Below are positions 11,800 to 22,919 of a stretch of 64,000 nucleotides of DNA, one piece after another. The stretch covers positions 46,562,001-46,626,000 of the forward strand of contig NC_043009.1 of NCBI RefSeq assembly GCF_006345805.1, written 5' to 3'. The notes under the pieces were generated by a model. That model worked only from the letters and a program-made list of their open reading frames with translations, was not told where the DNA came from and made no database searches. This DNA comes from Octopus sinensis (Eukaryota). The position numbers and the translations under genes are program-made. The first letter of the stretch is position 1. Each line of letters begins with the position of its first letter.

Positions 11800-13700
11800 C
11801 TCTTTTACGTGTTTTCGAAAACAAAAGCAAAATGTAAGATAAAAGAGAATGCAGTACCAACTTTTAAATCAAAAAGAAATATGCTATGCACAGCGTTAGA
11901 ACAAATAAAGTTAAAGAGACTAGAAAAATCTGGAGTTGTTCAAAAAGTGGAATATTCTCAATGGCATCACTAATTGTGTACATTAAGAAAAAGAATTATA
12001 AATTTGAGTGTGTGCTGATTTTTCTACTGGATTAAACGAATGTCTTAAAACGTTCAACAATCCGCTACCTACTCTGAGGGATATATTTGCGAAATTAAAC
12101 GGTGGCAAGATATTTTCTAAATTGGATCTCTTTGACGCGTATCTACAAATGAAAGTAGGCGATGACTGCTCTAGATATCTAACAAGTAACACATGTAAAG
12201 GACTGTATAAATACAACAGGTTACCATTTGGTTTAAAAGTCGCCCCGGCGATCTTCCAACAGATTATGGATGCAATGTTGGCGCACTGTGATTTTGAAAT
12301 TGCTTTTCTCGATGACATATTGACGAAGAATGAATAAAAAAGGCTGCATGTACATGTTTAAAAAGGTATTTAAAAACTAAGCGAATGCGGTTTCAAACTG
12401 AGCGCAGATAAGTGTGATTTCTTTATACCTAAAATTAGATATTTGAGGCAAATCATGGTTATGGTCGACGTCCGCATCCAACAAGGGCATCAGCAATTAG
12501 AAATATGTCACCGCCAAAGAATGTAGCGACATTACAAGCATTTTTGAGTTTGGTGAATTATTACCAAATTTACATCCCTAATATTCATAACTTGCATGCA
12601 CCATTAAATTACCTGCTAAAGAAAGGAATGAAATGGAATTGGACACAAAAATTCCGAGAAACTTTAAAACAGTTAAAAGATATACTAATTTCCGAGCTAT
12701 CTTTAGCACACTACGATCCGAAAAATGAAATTATAGTAGCTTTAGATGCCAGTGAATATGGCATCGGAGCAGTAATTTTGCATAAGTATGAAGATAGTAA
12801 TACAAAACCGGTAGCACATGCATTACACACGTCCACCATTGCCTGCTGAGAGGAATTACAGCCAGACTGAGAAAGAAGCTTTAGCAATTATTTATGCTTT
12901 AAAAAAGTTCCATAAATTCATCCAAGGCAGAAGGTTTTTTCTGCAAACCCATCATCGCCTATTATTGGCTATATTTGGTTCTAAGAAGGGTATCCCAGCA
13001 CATACTGTCAATAGATTGCAGAGATGGAAAACCCATTTTGCTGAACTACAATTTGAAAATGGAATACCTCCCCTCAAAAAAGTTAAGACACGCAGATAGG
13101 TTAACTAGGTTGATACTTAAAAGTATTGAACCGTTTGACGAAAGTGTAATTGTATCGTTCAGAGCTGAAACGGAGATAAAAACCATTTTGTTTAACGTAA
13201 TTAATGAATTGCCTGTGAACTGAGAAGAAATTAAAACCACAGCACCGAAATTTGACTTTATAAATACAATGAAAGTCAACTTGAAAGAAAATAAAGTAGA
13301 TACATCCAGACAGAAAATTTTAATTCAAACTCATATTCTGTATGCGATAGCATTCTAATGTACGCACAAAGGATTGTAGTACCATTTACACTGCAAAAAG
13401 AATTCTGAAAGATTTGTACGGTGGACATCCAGGAATGTCGCGCATGAAAGCACTTATAAGTATCTATATGTATTGGTCGAAGATGGATAAAGATATTGAA
13501 AATCTTGTAATATTCTACAGAGACTATGCTCTGACAATGAAATCACCTATTATAAGATATCAACTGTGGTCAAAGACTGAGACATCGTGGTCCAGGCTGC
13601 ACATAGACTTCGCAGGCCCATTATATGGAAACTATTTTCTTGAAATAGTAAATATCTACACAAAATAGCTGGAAGTATGTAAATGTAGATATCCAACGTC
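11800..13700 (+). mobile_element. Ty3/Gypsy relic 2, pol region (RT, RNase H, integrase N-terminus), interrupted at 13700
   Basis: CADFSTGLN..FSKLDLFDAYLQ..RLPFGLKVAPAIFQ..FLDDIL; LDASEYGIG; AERNYSQTEKEALAI; GHPGMSRMK; WSRLHIDFAGP. Confidence 0.9.
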
Positions 13701-15415
13701 CTATTTCTTTATTACCCACTAGGGGCCACGAAGAGGGAACATTACAAAACATGGGGGACATAAAATAATGCGATTAAAATTATGATTAAATGAATGTTAA
13801 AATGAAAACATGATAACATGAAAGCGATGCTAACGGCCCCCTCCGCCAGCATCACTTACCTTTCCGTTTCCTATCACGATTCCAAAGTCTTTCACCTCAC
13901 CTTTCATTTCTCTCTCATATCTCTCTATCATATCATCCTTCATATATGCTGATATACAATTTATACGTAGTTCATTGCACTTGCTCATCAAAGAGCCCAT
14001 GAGTTCAAAATCGAACACCGCATAGCTTCCGTCCTCATACTCCTGCCATACATTATCATCAAAAAGCCTTCTTGCGTTCTCAGTATCCCCCTTCCCCACA
14101 AAACATAAAAAGTAGGACTGGGGCTTTTGTATGTTCTGTGTGTCTGTTTTCGTTTTTCTTGTAGGCGGGGAGTGGGTGGGATTGCTGTTTGCGGGGGCAG
14201 GATGGGTCTCCAAGGGTGTGGGTGGTATTGGGGTGGGTTGGGGCTTCGCACAGTTTTTCCTTTTCTTTCCTTTTCTCTTCTTTCTGCCCTCCTCACACTC
14301 TTTTTGCATCTCCTCCTCCTCTGTCATTTCCCTTTCCGTCTGCTTCTCTTTAATTTCTTCTTCTTTTGGGGCCTCCTCTTTTGGAGTTTCCTCAACGATT
14401 TCCTTTTCTCTTGGTGGGGGAGGGCAGAAGGCTCTTATGTGGCCCCTCAGGCCACACTTGTAACAACGTGGAGCTCTGCCCTCCACCCACACTCTCATAA
14501 TCACGTCTCCCAATTTAATGCTCTCCGCCAGGTCCACCAGTACCTCGCTCTCCGCCTGTACGTTCAGCTCCACTGTTACGCCTCTCCAGCCCTCGGTCTT
14601 GACCGAGGCATGGAGAATATCTACTTTCTCCTCGTGGCCGCTGATCACAGCCGCCACAATCCACTCAGCCTCCACGTTTGGTGGCACTCCCTCCACCCTT
14701 ACTCGTGTGATCCCTCTATTCAAGTACATAGGTAAAAGTGTTACCTTTTCTGACTTCAACGCCATCTTCCTCGCTGCAGTCTCACTTTTAAAATGTACCA
14801 CTACAGTACCGTACTTCGATCCTCGAGTCAGAAAAATGATTTCCTCCTCCGATCTTCTCAGGGCCTCCTCTATCCATTCCATGTTTACGATCTCTATTTT
14901 CTTTCTTTCGTTCACGAACACCCTGTAAATTATGGTCCTCTTATTGTACCATTCCTTTCTCTTTGGTGGTGGTTCCAGTTCCACCTCGCCGCTGTCCTTC
15001 CTCATATACCTCTGGAAACCTGGCAATTTTTCTAGGTTTATTTCTTTTTCCTGTTCCGTCTTCTTTTTTGCAACTCCTGCGTATGTTTTCCTGTTTTTTG
15101 TCTCCACATTATTTACATCACCGATTTGCTCGTCTTCAGAGTTCGATGTCTCCGACAAGCTCTCAAATATCCATTCTTCCTCCGACTCCTCCACTAGGGA
15201 GTGGTCATCCATCTCCTCCCGCCTGACAGGCCAAAACGGCCGTCAAAACAGAAAAAGTGTGACGCGCAGAACGAGTGGAACGCGAAACCGCTTTAACGCC
15301 GTTCAAAATTTTCCACAACAACAACAATTCTTTTTGATCTTTTTTACCGAATTTTACGAGCGCAAAAAAACACGACCGAACTCAAACTGACGAACAGACA
15401 ACTGAGACATCCGTT
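13701..15415 (-). mobile_element. ORF1-only non-LTR retroelement (HAL1-like), tandem unit 1
   Basis: Approx. 200-nt 5' UTR beginning near TCAGTT, a single 460-aa ORF, and a 129-nt 3' UTR ending GGCCCCTAGTGGGTAATAAAGAAATAG. No RT or endonuclease. Confidence 0.8.
13830..15212 (-). CDS. L1/Tx1 ORF1-like nucleic-acid-binding protein, 460 aa, CCHC zinc knuckle
   Basis: Uninterrupted ORF: acidic N-terminus, KTYAGVAK motif, RRM-like middle, CYKCGLRGHIRAFC (CX2CX4HX4C), E/K-rich and Pro-rich linker, approx. 95-aa C-terminal domain. Confidence 0.8.
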   Translation of the reverse strand: MDDHSLVEESEEEWIFESLSETSNSEDEQIGDVNNVETKNRKTYAGVAKKKTEQEKEINLEKLPGFQRYMRKDSGEVELEPPPKRKEWYNKRTIIYRVFVNERKKIEIVNMEWIEEALRRSEEEIIFLTRGSKYGTVVVHFKSETAARKMALKSEKVTLLPMYLNRGITRVRVEGVPPNVEAEWIVAAVISGHEEKVDILHASVKTEGWRGVTVELNVQAESEVLVDLAESIKLGDVIMRVWVEGRAPRCYKCGLRGHIRAFCPPPPREKEIVEETPKEEAPKEEEIKEKQTEREMTEEEEMQKECEEGRKKRKGKKRKNCAKPQPTPIPPTPLETHPAPANSNPTHSPPTRKTKTDTQNIQKPQSYFLCFVGKGDTENARRLFDDNVWQEYEDGSYAVFDFELMGSLMSKCNELRINCISAYMKDDMIERYEREMKGEVKDFGIVIGNGKVSDAGGGGR

Positions 15416-17057
15416 CTATTTCTTTATTACCCACTAGGGGCCACGAAGAGGGAACATTACAAAACATGGGGGACATAAAACAATGCGATTAAAATTATGA
15501 TTAAATGAATGTTAAAATGAAAAAATGATAACATGAAAGCGATGCTAACGGCCCCCTCCTCCAGCATCACTTACCTTTCCGTTTCCTATCACGATTCCAA
15601 AGTCTTTCACCTCACCTTTCATTTCTCTCTCATACCTCTCTATCATATCATCCTTCATATATGCTGAAAAACAATTTATACGTAGTTCATTGCACTTGCT
15701 CATCAAAGAGCCCATAAGTTCAAAATCGAACACCGCATAACTTCCGTCCTCATACTCCTGCCATACATTGTCTTCAAAAAGCCTTCTTGCGTTCTCTGTA
15801 TCCCCCTTCCTCACAACACATAAAAAGTAGGACTGGGGCCTTTGTATGTTCTGTGTGTCTGTTTTCTTTTTTCTTGTAGGCGGGGAGTGGGTGGGATTGC
15901 TGTTTGCAGGGGCAGGATGGGTCTCCAAGGGTGTGGGTGGTGTTGGGGTGGGTTGGGGCTTCGCACAGTTTTTCCTTTTCTTTCCTTTTCTCTTCTTTCT
16001 GCCCTCCTCACACTCTTTTTGCATCTCCTCCTCCTCTGTCGTTTCCCTTTCCGTCTGCTTCTCTTTAATTTCTTCCTTTTTTGGGCCTCCTCTTTTGGAG
16101 CCTCCTCAACGATTTCCTTTTCTCTTGGTGGGGGAGGGCAGAAGGCTCTTATGTGGCCCCTCAGGCCACACTTGTAACAACGTGGAGCTCTGCCCTCCAC
16201 CCACACTCTCATAATCACGTCTCCCAATTTAATGCTCTCCGCCAGGTCCACCAGTACCTCGCTCTCCGCCTGCACGTTCAGCTCCACTGTTACGCCTCTC
16301 CAGCCCTCGGTCTTGACCGAGGCATGGAGGATATCTACTTTCTCCTCGTGGCCGCTGATCACAGCCGCCACAATCCACTCAGCCTCCACGTTTGGTGGCA
16401 CTCCCTCCACCCTTACTCGTGTAATCCTTCTATTCAAGTACATAGGTAAAAGTGTTACCTTTTCTGACTTCACCGCCTTCACCGCCATCTTCCTCGCTGC
16501 AGTCTCACTTTTAAAATGTACCACTACAGTACCGTACTTCGATCCTCGAGTCAGAAAAATGATTTCCTCCTCCGATCTTCTCAGGGCCTCCTCTATCCAT
16601 TCCATGTTTACGATCTCTATTTTCTTTCTTTCGTTCGCGAACACCCTGTAAATTATGGTCCTTTTATTGTACCATTCCTTTCTCTTTGGTGGTGGTTCCA
16701 GTTCCACGTCGCCGCTGTCCTTCCTCATACACCTCTGGAAACCTGGCAATTTTTCCAGGTTTATTTCCTTTTCCTGTTCCGTCTTCTTTTTTGCAACTCC
16801 TGCGTACGTTTTCCTGTTTTTTATCTCCACATTATTTACATCACCGATTTGCTCGTCTTCAGAGTTCAATGTCTCCGACAAGCTCTCAAATATCCACTCC
16901 TCCTCCGACTCCTCCACTAGGGAGTGGTCATCCATCTCCTCCCGCCTGACAGGCCGAAAACGGCCGTCAAAACAGAAAAAGCGTAACGCGCAGAACCAGC
17001 GGAACGCGAAACCGCTTTAACGCCGTTCAAAATTTCCACAACAACAACAATTCTTTT
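15416..17057 (-). mobile_element. ORF1-only element, tandem unit 2 (5' end about 90 bp shorter)
   Basis: Head-to-tail copy of unit 1, roughly 96-97% identical by hand count over part of its length. Same 3' terminus at 15416. Confidence 0.85.
15545..16935 (-). pseudogene. ORF1-like zinc-knuckle protein copy 2 with one frameshift
   Basis: ORFs 15811-16935 and 15545-16024 reconstitute the 460-aa protein. There is a 1-bp deletion near 16080 in a T/G run and a 9-bp duplication (AVK). Confidence 0.8.
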
Positions 17058-18710
17058 AAAGGCTAACCCAAAGAAGAAAAGTATTTAACTCCGTTCTGGG
17101 TCGATTTTATTTAAAACGGGGAGATGTGGGGAAGAAATAAAAAAAGATATATACGCTAGCACTCTCCCAGAAGTGTATAGTTTAAAGGGGGGATGTTGTG
17201 GAGTGAACTGACACCTCCACACGTGACTGTCAGAGGACTGGACGAGTCTATAAATAGACGGGAACAATGGAAATATGTTCCCGCTCTAAGTTGAGTAAAA
17301 AGGAGAAATTAATTGCTTCGAATGCTCTCGGTGGAGAGCCCAAAAATTGAAATAATGACACGAGGTCAAATAGAAATAGCGTTCAAGCCCATACGAAGTG
17401 AAATAATGAATATAAATACAGGCAGGAGGTACGGCTCAGTAGAGGTGCGGTTCAGGGATGCAGCAATTGCCAGGCTGCACTCTGTAACCCCGCTGAAGAC
17501 GAAGGAGGTAGTGCTTCTACCCACATACTTTGGAAGACGAACTTGCAGGGTGAGGGTGGAGGACATAGCCTCAGAGATAGATGCTGCCTGATTAGTTGAC
17601 GCGATCCTGTTAGGTTTGGAGGAGAAAGTGGTAGTTCTCGGAGCCAAGTGCCCGGCCCATAAGAATTGGCAGAGGCAAGGACTGGAGATACTGATTCAAG
17701 CCACCCCTGAAGACATTAAAAATATGATTGAAACCACCACGGTGGAAGATGTAGTGTTGAAGTTTAAAGAGGGCAGAATCCCTAGATGTTACCAATGTGG
17801 TCAAAAGAGTCACATTTGGGTTGACTGCCCTTCACCACTCACTGACAAAAAGTAAATCGCACCTCCGCCTCCAACAGAAACCAATATACACAACATCAAA
17901 GTATGTAAGAGTCGAAGAATAGGAAAAAATAGAAAAGAAAGAAAGAAGACACAAACTGGTGGTGATGAGTCCAAATCTACGCCCACCCATCTCCCACCAA
18001 GCCCACTTTGCCACACCCTTCCCTTACAACCACCGGTCCTCCCCCTACCCCAACTTACATGAAAAAACTTGCATGCACTCAGAGGTGTCCCAAAACTCCC
18101 AACCCCTCCCCGTAAAATAAAAAAAGAAAACAAAGTAACAAAATTATTAATTTTTTATGAACTAATGAATAAACAATTGTCAACCGAAATCAAGAGTTTG
18201 GAAAGTGCGAAATTGGTAAATGCTTGGAACCAAGTCCCCACGCATTTGGGATGTGTGATAATCGATACAATAGTTAAAAAGAAATTGGAGAATTACGAGA
18301 AAGTGAAATACTTCGAAATCAAAATGGACAAAGAAGAAGTGCCATTCATGATAAGTGCTGTAAATTTAAAACCAGATTTTAATATTAACCCTTCTGATTT
18401 CTGTAAAAAGTAATCAAAAGTGAAATGATGGCGCCCGGATGTGGGGCTGAACGTCATCATTACATCTTTCATTTTTCCATTTCACCCTTTCATCCGTTTT
18501 CACCTACCAACATGTTTGTATTTTCTTGTATTGTCCCATCCGTATTTCGCCCCTTGTGGGTAATAAAGAATTCAGAACTGTCAGAACATTAGTCTCATTA
18601 TTGATTCTGCGTTGGATTGTTATAATGCGAAAGATTATTGTCACATTGCTTATTGTTATACGGTTATATTTGTTACACGCACATCATATATCGTTACTAA
18701 AGATATAACA
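17058..18710 (+). mobile_element. 3' end, PPT and interrupted 3' LTR of Gypsy relic 2
   Basis: LKANPKKKSI* integrase-tail-like sequence, PPT aaagggggga then TGTTGTG at 17194. LTR-like sequence resumes at about 18572 and ends TAACA at 18710 (inferred). Confidence 0.5.
17300..18570 (+). pseudogene. Divergent, 5'-truncated ORF1-only element (third copy) inside the Gypsy LTR
   Basis: GRRYGSVEVRF..KEVVLLPTYFGRRTCRVRVED..EGRIPRCYQCGQKSHIWVDC, a basic/Pro-rich linker and a C-terminal domain (stop 18413), then a 157-nt UTR ending GCCCCTTGTGGGTAATAAAGAA. One stop and frameshifts. Confidence 0.75.
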
Positions 18711-19740
18711 TCAGGCAAGAGCGAAAATGAAATGTGGAAGCATGCGCTGAAATCTGGTACACAAGGCATATTTCAGTGTATATATGGAGGATGAAGACAA
18801 GTTCCTAATTTCTCCTGCCAAGCCTTACAATAATAGTATAGAAGGTAAGATGTACAATTTTTGCTCACTTGAAAAATAAAATTTTGTTTATTAAAAAAAT
18901 TATATCATTTTTAGAATTTAAATTTACAATGAATACTTCCAGTTTCAGGAAAATTTATTAGGAAAAAAGTAGGCTACGACAGTTTTATTTTGCAGGATGA
19001 TACAAACGAAAAAAAGGGGACCGTGAATATTTCACAAACGTTTGGTGGGAATCCATTGACAATTCAATCATTTGCTACATTTGCATGATGGACTATTTCA
19101 AACTTTTAGTTGGCAACATTTTTCTGCTATCATGTTTGTGGTCTTTCTATCATTCGTTACCTCGGTGCCATACCAGATAGAACCCCATATCCGTTTTGTC
19201 AGACGGGGAGAGAAAGAGCGAGACAGACAGACAGGGAAACAGAGACAGAGGGAGAGGAAGAAAGAGAGATAGACAGACATGTAGATACGAGAGAAAAAGA
19301 ACAGTCAGCTTCAACATAAAGCAAGCAGGTCATACGAGAACGAAGAAGTTTAAGATGCAATTTGCAATTTCATTCATGTAGATAAGAAGAAAAGAAAACA
19401 TATCCCAATCGTAAAAAACAACTTCAATGACTTGTTTAAAAATATTAGGCTAAAAAAGTCCAGTGTTGGGATTTAGACGTCTACGCTGAAACAGTTATTT
19501 GAAAGTGTACAAATCACAAATCACAAGAGGTGTCACACAGACTTTTCAAAATTCTTCATTCGTTAAGATAACATTTGAAAAATGTGATATAATTGAGTTA
19601 TTCCGAAGGTACTGGATAAAAGAATTTGACCAGCAAAGATCTAAAAATGAATGTATTCATGAATGCATATTTGGGCATACTTATGTGTGTGCGTGTGCAT
19701 GCATGTACACACGCATACATATATATACACACACATATAT

Positions 19741-19969
19741 ATTTCTTTATTGCCCACAAGGGACTAAACACAGAGGGGACAAACAAGGACAGACAAAGGG
19801 ATTAAGTCGATTGCATCGACCCCAGTGCGTAACTGGTACTTACTTATTCGACCCCGAAAGGATGAAAGGCAAAGTCGACCTCGGCGGAACTTGAACTCAG
19901 AATGTAAAGACAGACGAAATACTGCTAAGCATTCTGCCCGGCGTGCTAACGATTCTGCCAGTTCGCCGC
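19741..19969 (-). mobile_element. SINE family 1, full length, tail A (Tx1-like 3' end)
   Basis: A-box-like tggcagaatcg, B box gagttcaag, body gtcgactttgcctttcatcctttcggggtcga, tail gtcccctctgtgtttagtcccttgtgggcaataaagaaa. Flanked by TA/CA repeats. Confidence 0.85.
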
Positions 19970-20444
19970 ACACACATATAGATACACGCACATATAACAA
20001 ACATACATACAATTACGTGGCAAACTGTATCTTCCCTTTAATTTCATAAACTTCCACTTGTTCACTGATGTACTACACTTCTTCACTTACCCTGACTTTG
20101 CCATCAAAGTGCGCTTTTATATCTGTTTCAGAATAACGAGCTTGCTGGAGATGGTGTCCATAGCATTATAGTTACTGTCGCATTTCGTTTAAAGACAGAG
20201 AACTAGAGATGGGATCAAGCCAATCAATGATCAAAACCATTCTCACAGATACCATCCTAGTGGTGAGACTATTATCTAATATTTTATTTCCTAAAAAGTA
20301 TGTGTGAATCAACTTTACAAATAAAGAATAAATTCCCACAAACTATGTGCCACACCAAAAGTTGAGAACATTCAACGATGTAAAATCTTTTGATACGAGA
20401 ATGGTCGACAGTTTCAGAATCGCGTATAACTGAAGGTAATAATG

Positions 20445-20665
20445 TTTTCTATTATAGGTACAAGGTTTAATTTTTTAAAAAACTTATTTATTAATTTTTT
20501 TGGTTGAGGTGAATGATAGTCGATAACATCGCTCCCACTTATTACACCGATACTTATTTTATCGACTTTGAAAGGAAGAGAATTCAAGTCGACCTCGGCG
20601 GGATAAATCTCGAAGCATAAATCTGGAAGAAATGCCGCTAAGCATTTTGTCCGCTTTGATAACGA
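20445..20665 (-). mobile_element. Diverged SINE family 1 copy, tail B
   Basis: gtcgacctcggcgg, aaatgccgctaagcatt and ttctattataggtacaagg visible on the + strand. Confidence 0.6.
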
Positions 20666-22254
20666 TTTTGCCAGCCCACTGTCGGTAATTATTGACAGTA
20701 ATAATAACTTTATATTTCAGAGACATAGTTCAGCGTTCGCTATTTGTTTTAACTTGTATATAGTATTTCACTGCCTTTTCCTCTCAATTACGAAATACAT
20801 TATATATACTGCTTAGTTGAAATTCATACTATTGTTCCAGTTACGCTAGTATAAAGAACACAGATATTATTTGGGTGGACACGAGCTTTGTGAATGCAAT
20901 AATTGTAACTGTCAAATTTATTTTAAGAATATAATATTTTACATAGTGCAAATATGATATAGTTCTCAGTAGGTTTCGTAGATTGTCTAGATATATTTAT
21001 TAGAGTTTCGACCTGGTTTTTTTGTTGACAGCACACACATACACATACATATATACGTGCCTTAATGCCGTAATTTTCACGGGATCAAGTCGGTGCGATG
21101 TCTTGATTAACATATCGCAGGTATGACGGTATTGCGTGATAGCCGCATTATCCAAGCAAGTATAGGAGTGATTGTTATTACATGAGTTCTATATTATTAG
21201 AATTATCATAAAACTAATTATATTTTGAATGCATGTAATACGAACGTTTCAAGTGGTTACGCATCAACTTGCAACTCAAGTACCATCGTCAGCAGTTGAC
21301 TACCAGCTAAATATGGCTGTGGAATCAAGGTTGCTCCTATTTATTGCAAACAGTACAAAAGATCACATAAAACCGCAAAAAGAACTATAGAAAGAAAGAG
21401 AGAAAAGAGAACCGATAGGCGAGACTATAATTTGAATAAGTGTCTAAACGAAAAGTAAGCTAAATTTTAAAAAAATTAATCAATAACTGATTAGTCAATA
21501 AACTTGAAATAAACTTTGGCAATAAATAGAAAGTAAAAAAATCAGAAAAGAACAATAAATTGAATTAAACTGCTGAAGAAGAAGAGACAATTCGTTCTTA
21601 ATGCAAGCTAAAAAAAGCTTTATTTCTGCAATCTATCAAACAAAAGATCTCATTTTAAATTATAATATTTAAATACCAAGACACAGAAAAAAGGAAGATA
21701 AAAGAAGCAAAGAAAAAGATGGTAAAACAGCCACAGATATAAGGGGAGCGGGGCTACACACCCCGGAACAAATTCTGTGCTCAGTCGTGTCCCACAATAA
21801 TGACTGCGATGGAGTTGTTGCGGAAAATGGCCAAAGATAATCGCTGCCGCAGCCACTCCACCCCGTGGAGCTCATTCTCCAATAAACCACTATTACTCGG
21901 ATTTTGCGGAGGAAATCAGTAGTGTGGCGTTCGTGAACATATGACGTCTCAACGGCGACTGGCACAAAATGATAGCAGCCGGGTTAGGCTTGAAAATATT
22001 ATTCTCTTACCGATAACATCTTAGGGAAAATAAGAAACCAATGATCTTCTCAATAAATGAGAATGTATTAGATTTAAGCATTTGCATATTAAGCCAATTC
22101 CTAGTCAAGTTATAAACTGGCCGTGAAATAAATACTGTTTGTTATTTTTATATAATATATAACAATTTGTAGGAGATTTTATATCGCAAAAATTGCAAAA
22201 GCAAACAAACTTTAATCGTGCAATGAATAAAGTTGTTAATAATGATAATAATCA

Positions 22255-22810
22255 TTCCACACAAGTGCAATGAGCCTCAACAGAATGTGTGGGAAAAAAG
22301 GTCGAAATCGTGACTCACATTGTTAGTGCTTGTAAAAGTCTTGCGCAGAAAGAGTACAAGCGCAGACACGACAATGTAGCCCCAAAACTTTCATTGGCTA
22401 CTATGCCGAAAGTATGAATACAAGGTAACAGGTGCTTGGTACCCACATACACCCGAAAAGGTAATGGACGAAAACAAGAAAGCAAAGATCCTCTGGGACC
22501 TTGACGTCCAGGCAGACAAGGTGTAAGAGCACCGAATGCCGGATATAGTAATCTTTAGGAGAGACAAACGAGTGTTTCTAATAATTGACGTGGCAGTGCT
22601 AGATCAACATATTACGAAAGAAAGAGGAAAAGTGGATAAATATGAAGAGCTGAGAAGTGGAATCACCAAGATATGGTAGCTGCGAGAGACAAGCATAAAG
22701 GTTGTTTCAGTTGTCATCGGAGCATTGGGTCCAACCTGGTGTGTTGCAAGAATCGGCATTACTTAGAATTGCACGTATACTGTGTAAAGTATTGTCTGTC
22801 TGAGGTCCTG
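22255..22810 (+). mobile_element. R4/Dong-clade RLE LINE, 3' fragment
   Basis: RMCGKKVEIVTHIVSACKSLAQKEYKRRHDNVA..WDLDVQADK..PDIVI..IIDVAV..VVSVVIGALG: CCHC finger plus PD-(D/E)xK endonuclease. Confidence 0.8.
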
Positions 22811-22919
22811 AATATAACTGAAAAGATTATGTAGTCTGGGCAGCACCGGCGGTCGACATAAAAACATAAGCTAAGAGTGTGCACAGACATCTCAACCGGA
22901 TTAAACGACTGTTTCTTCA

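Noticed and set aside
14127-16920. Plus-strand ORFs of 80-200 aa overlapping the ORF1-only units
   Set aside because: Antisense shadows of a purine-rich coding strand, with no recognisable motifs.
18777-19110. Exon-like segments after the Gypsy LTR
   Set aside because: Short, with in-frame stops in the second segment and no recognisable product.
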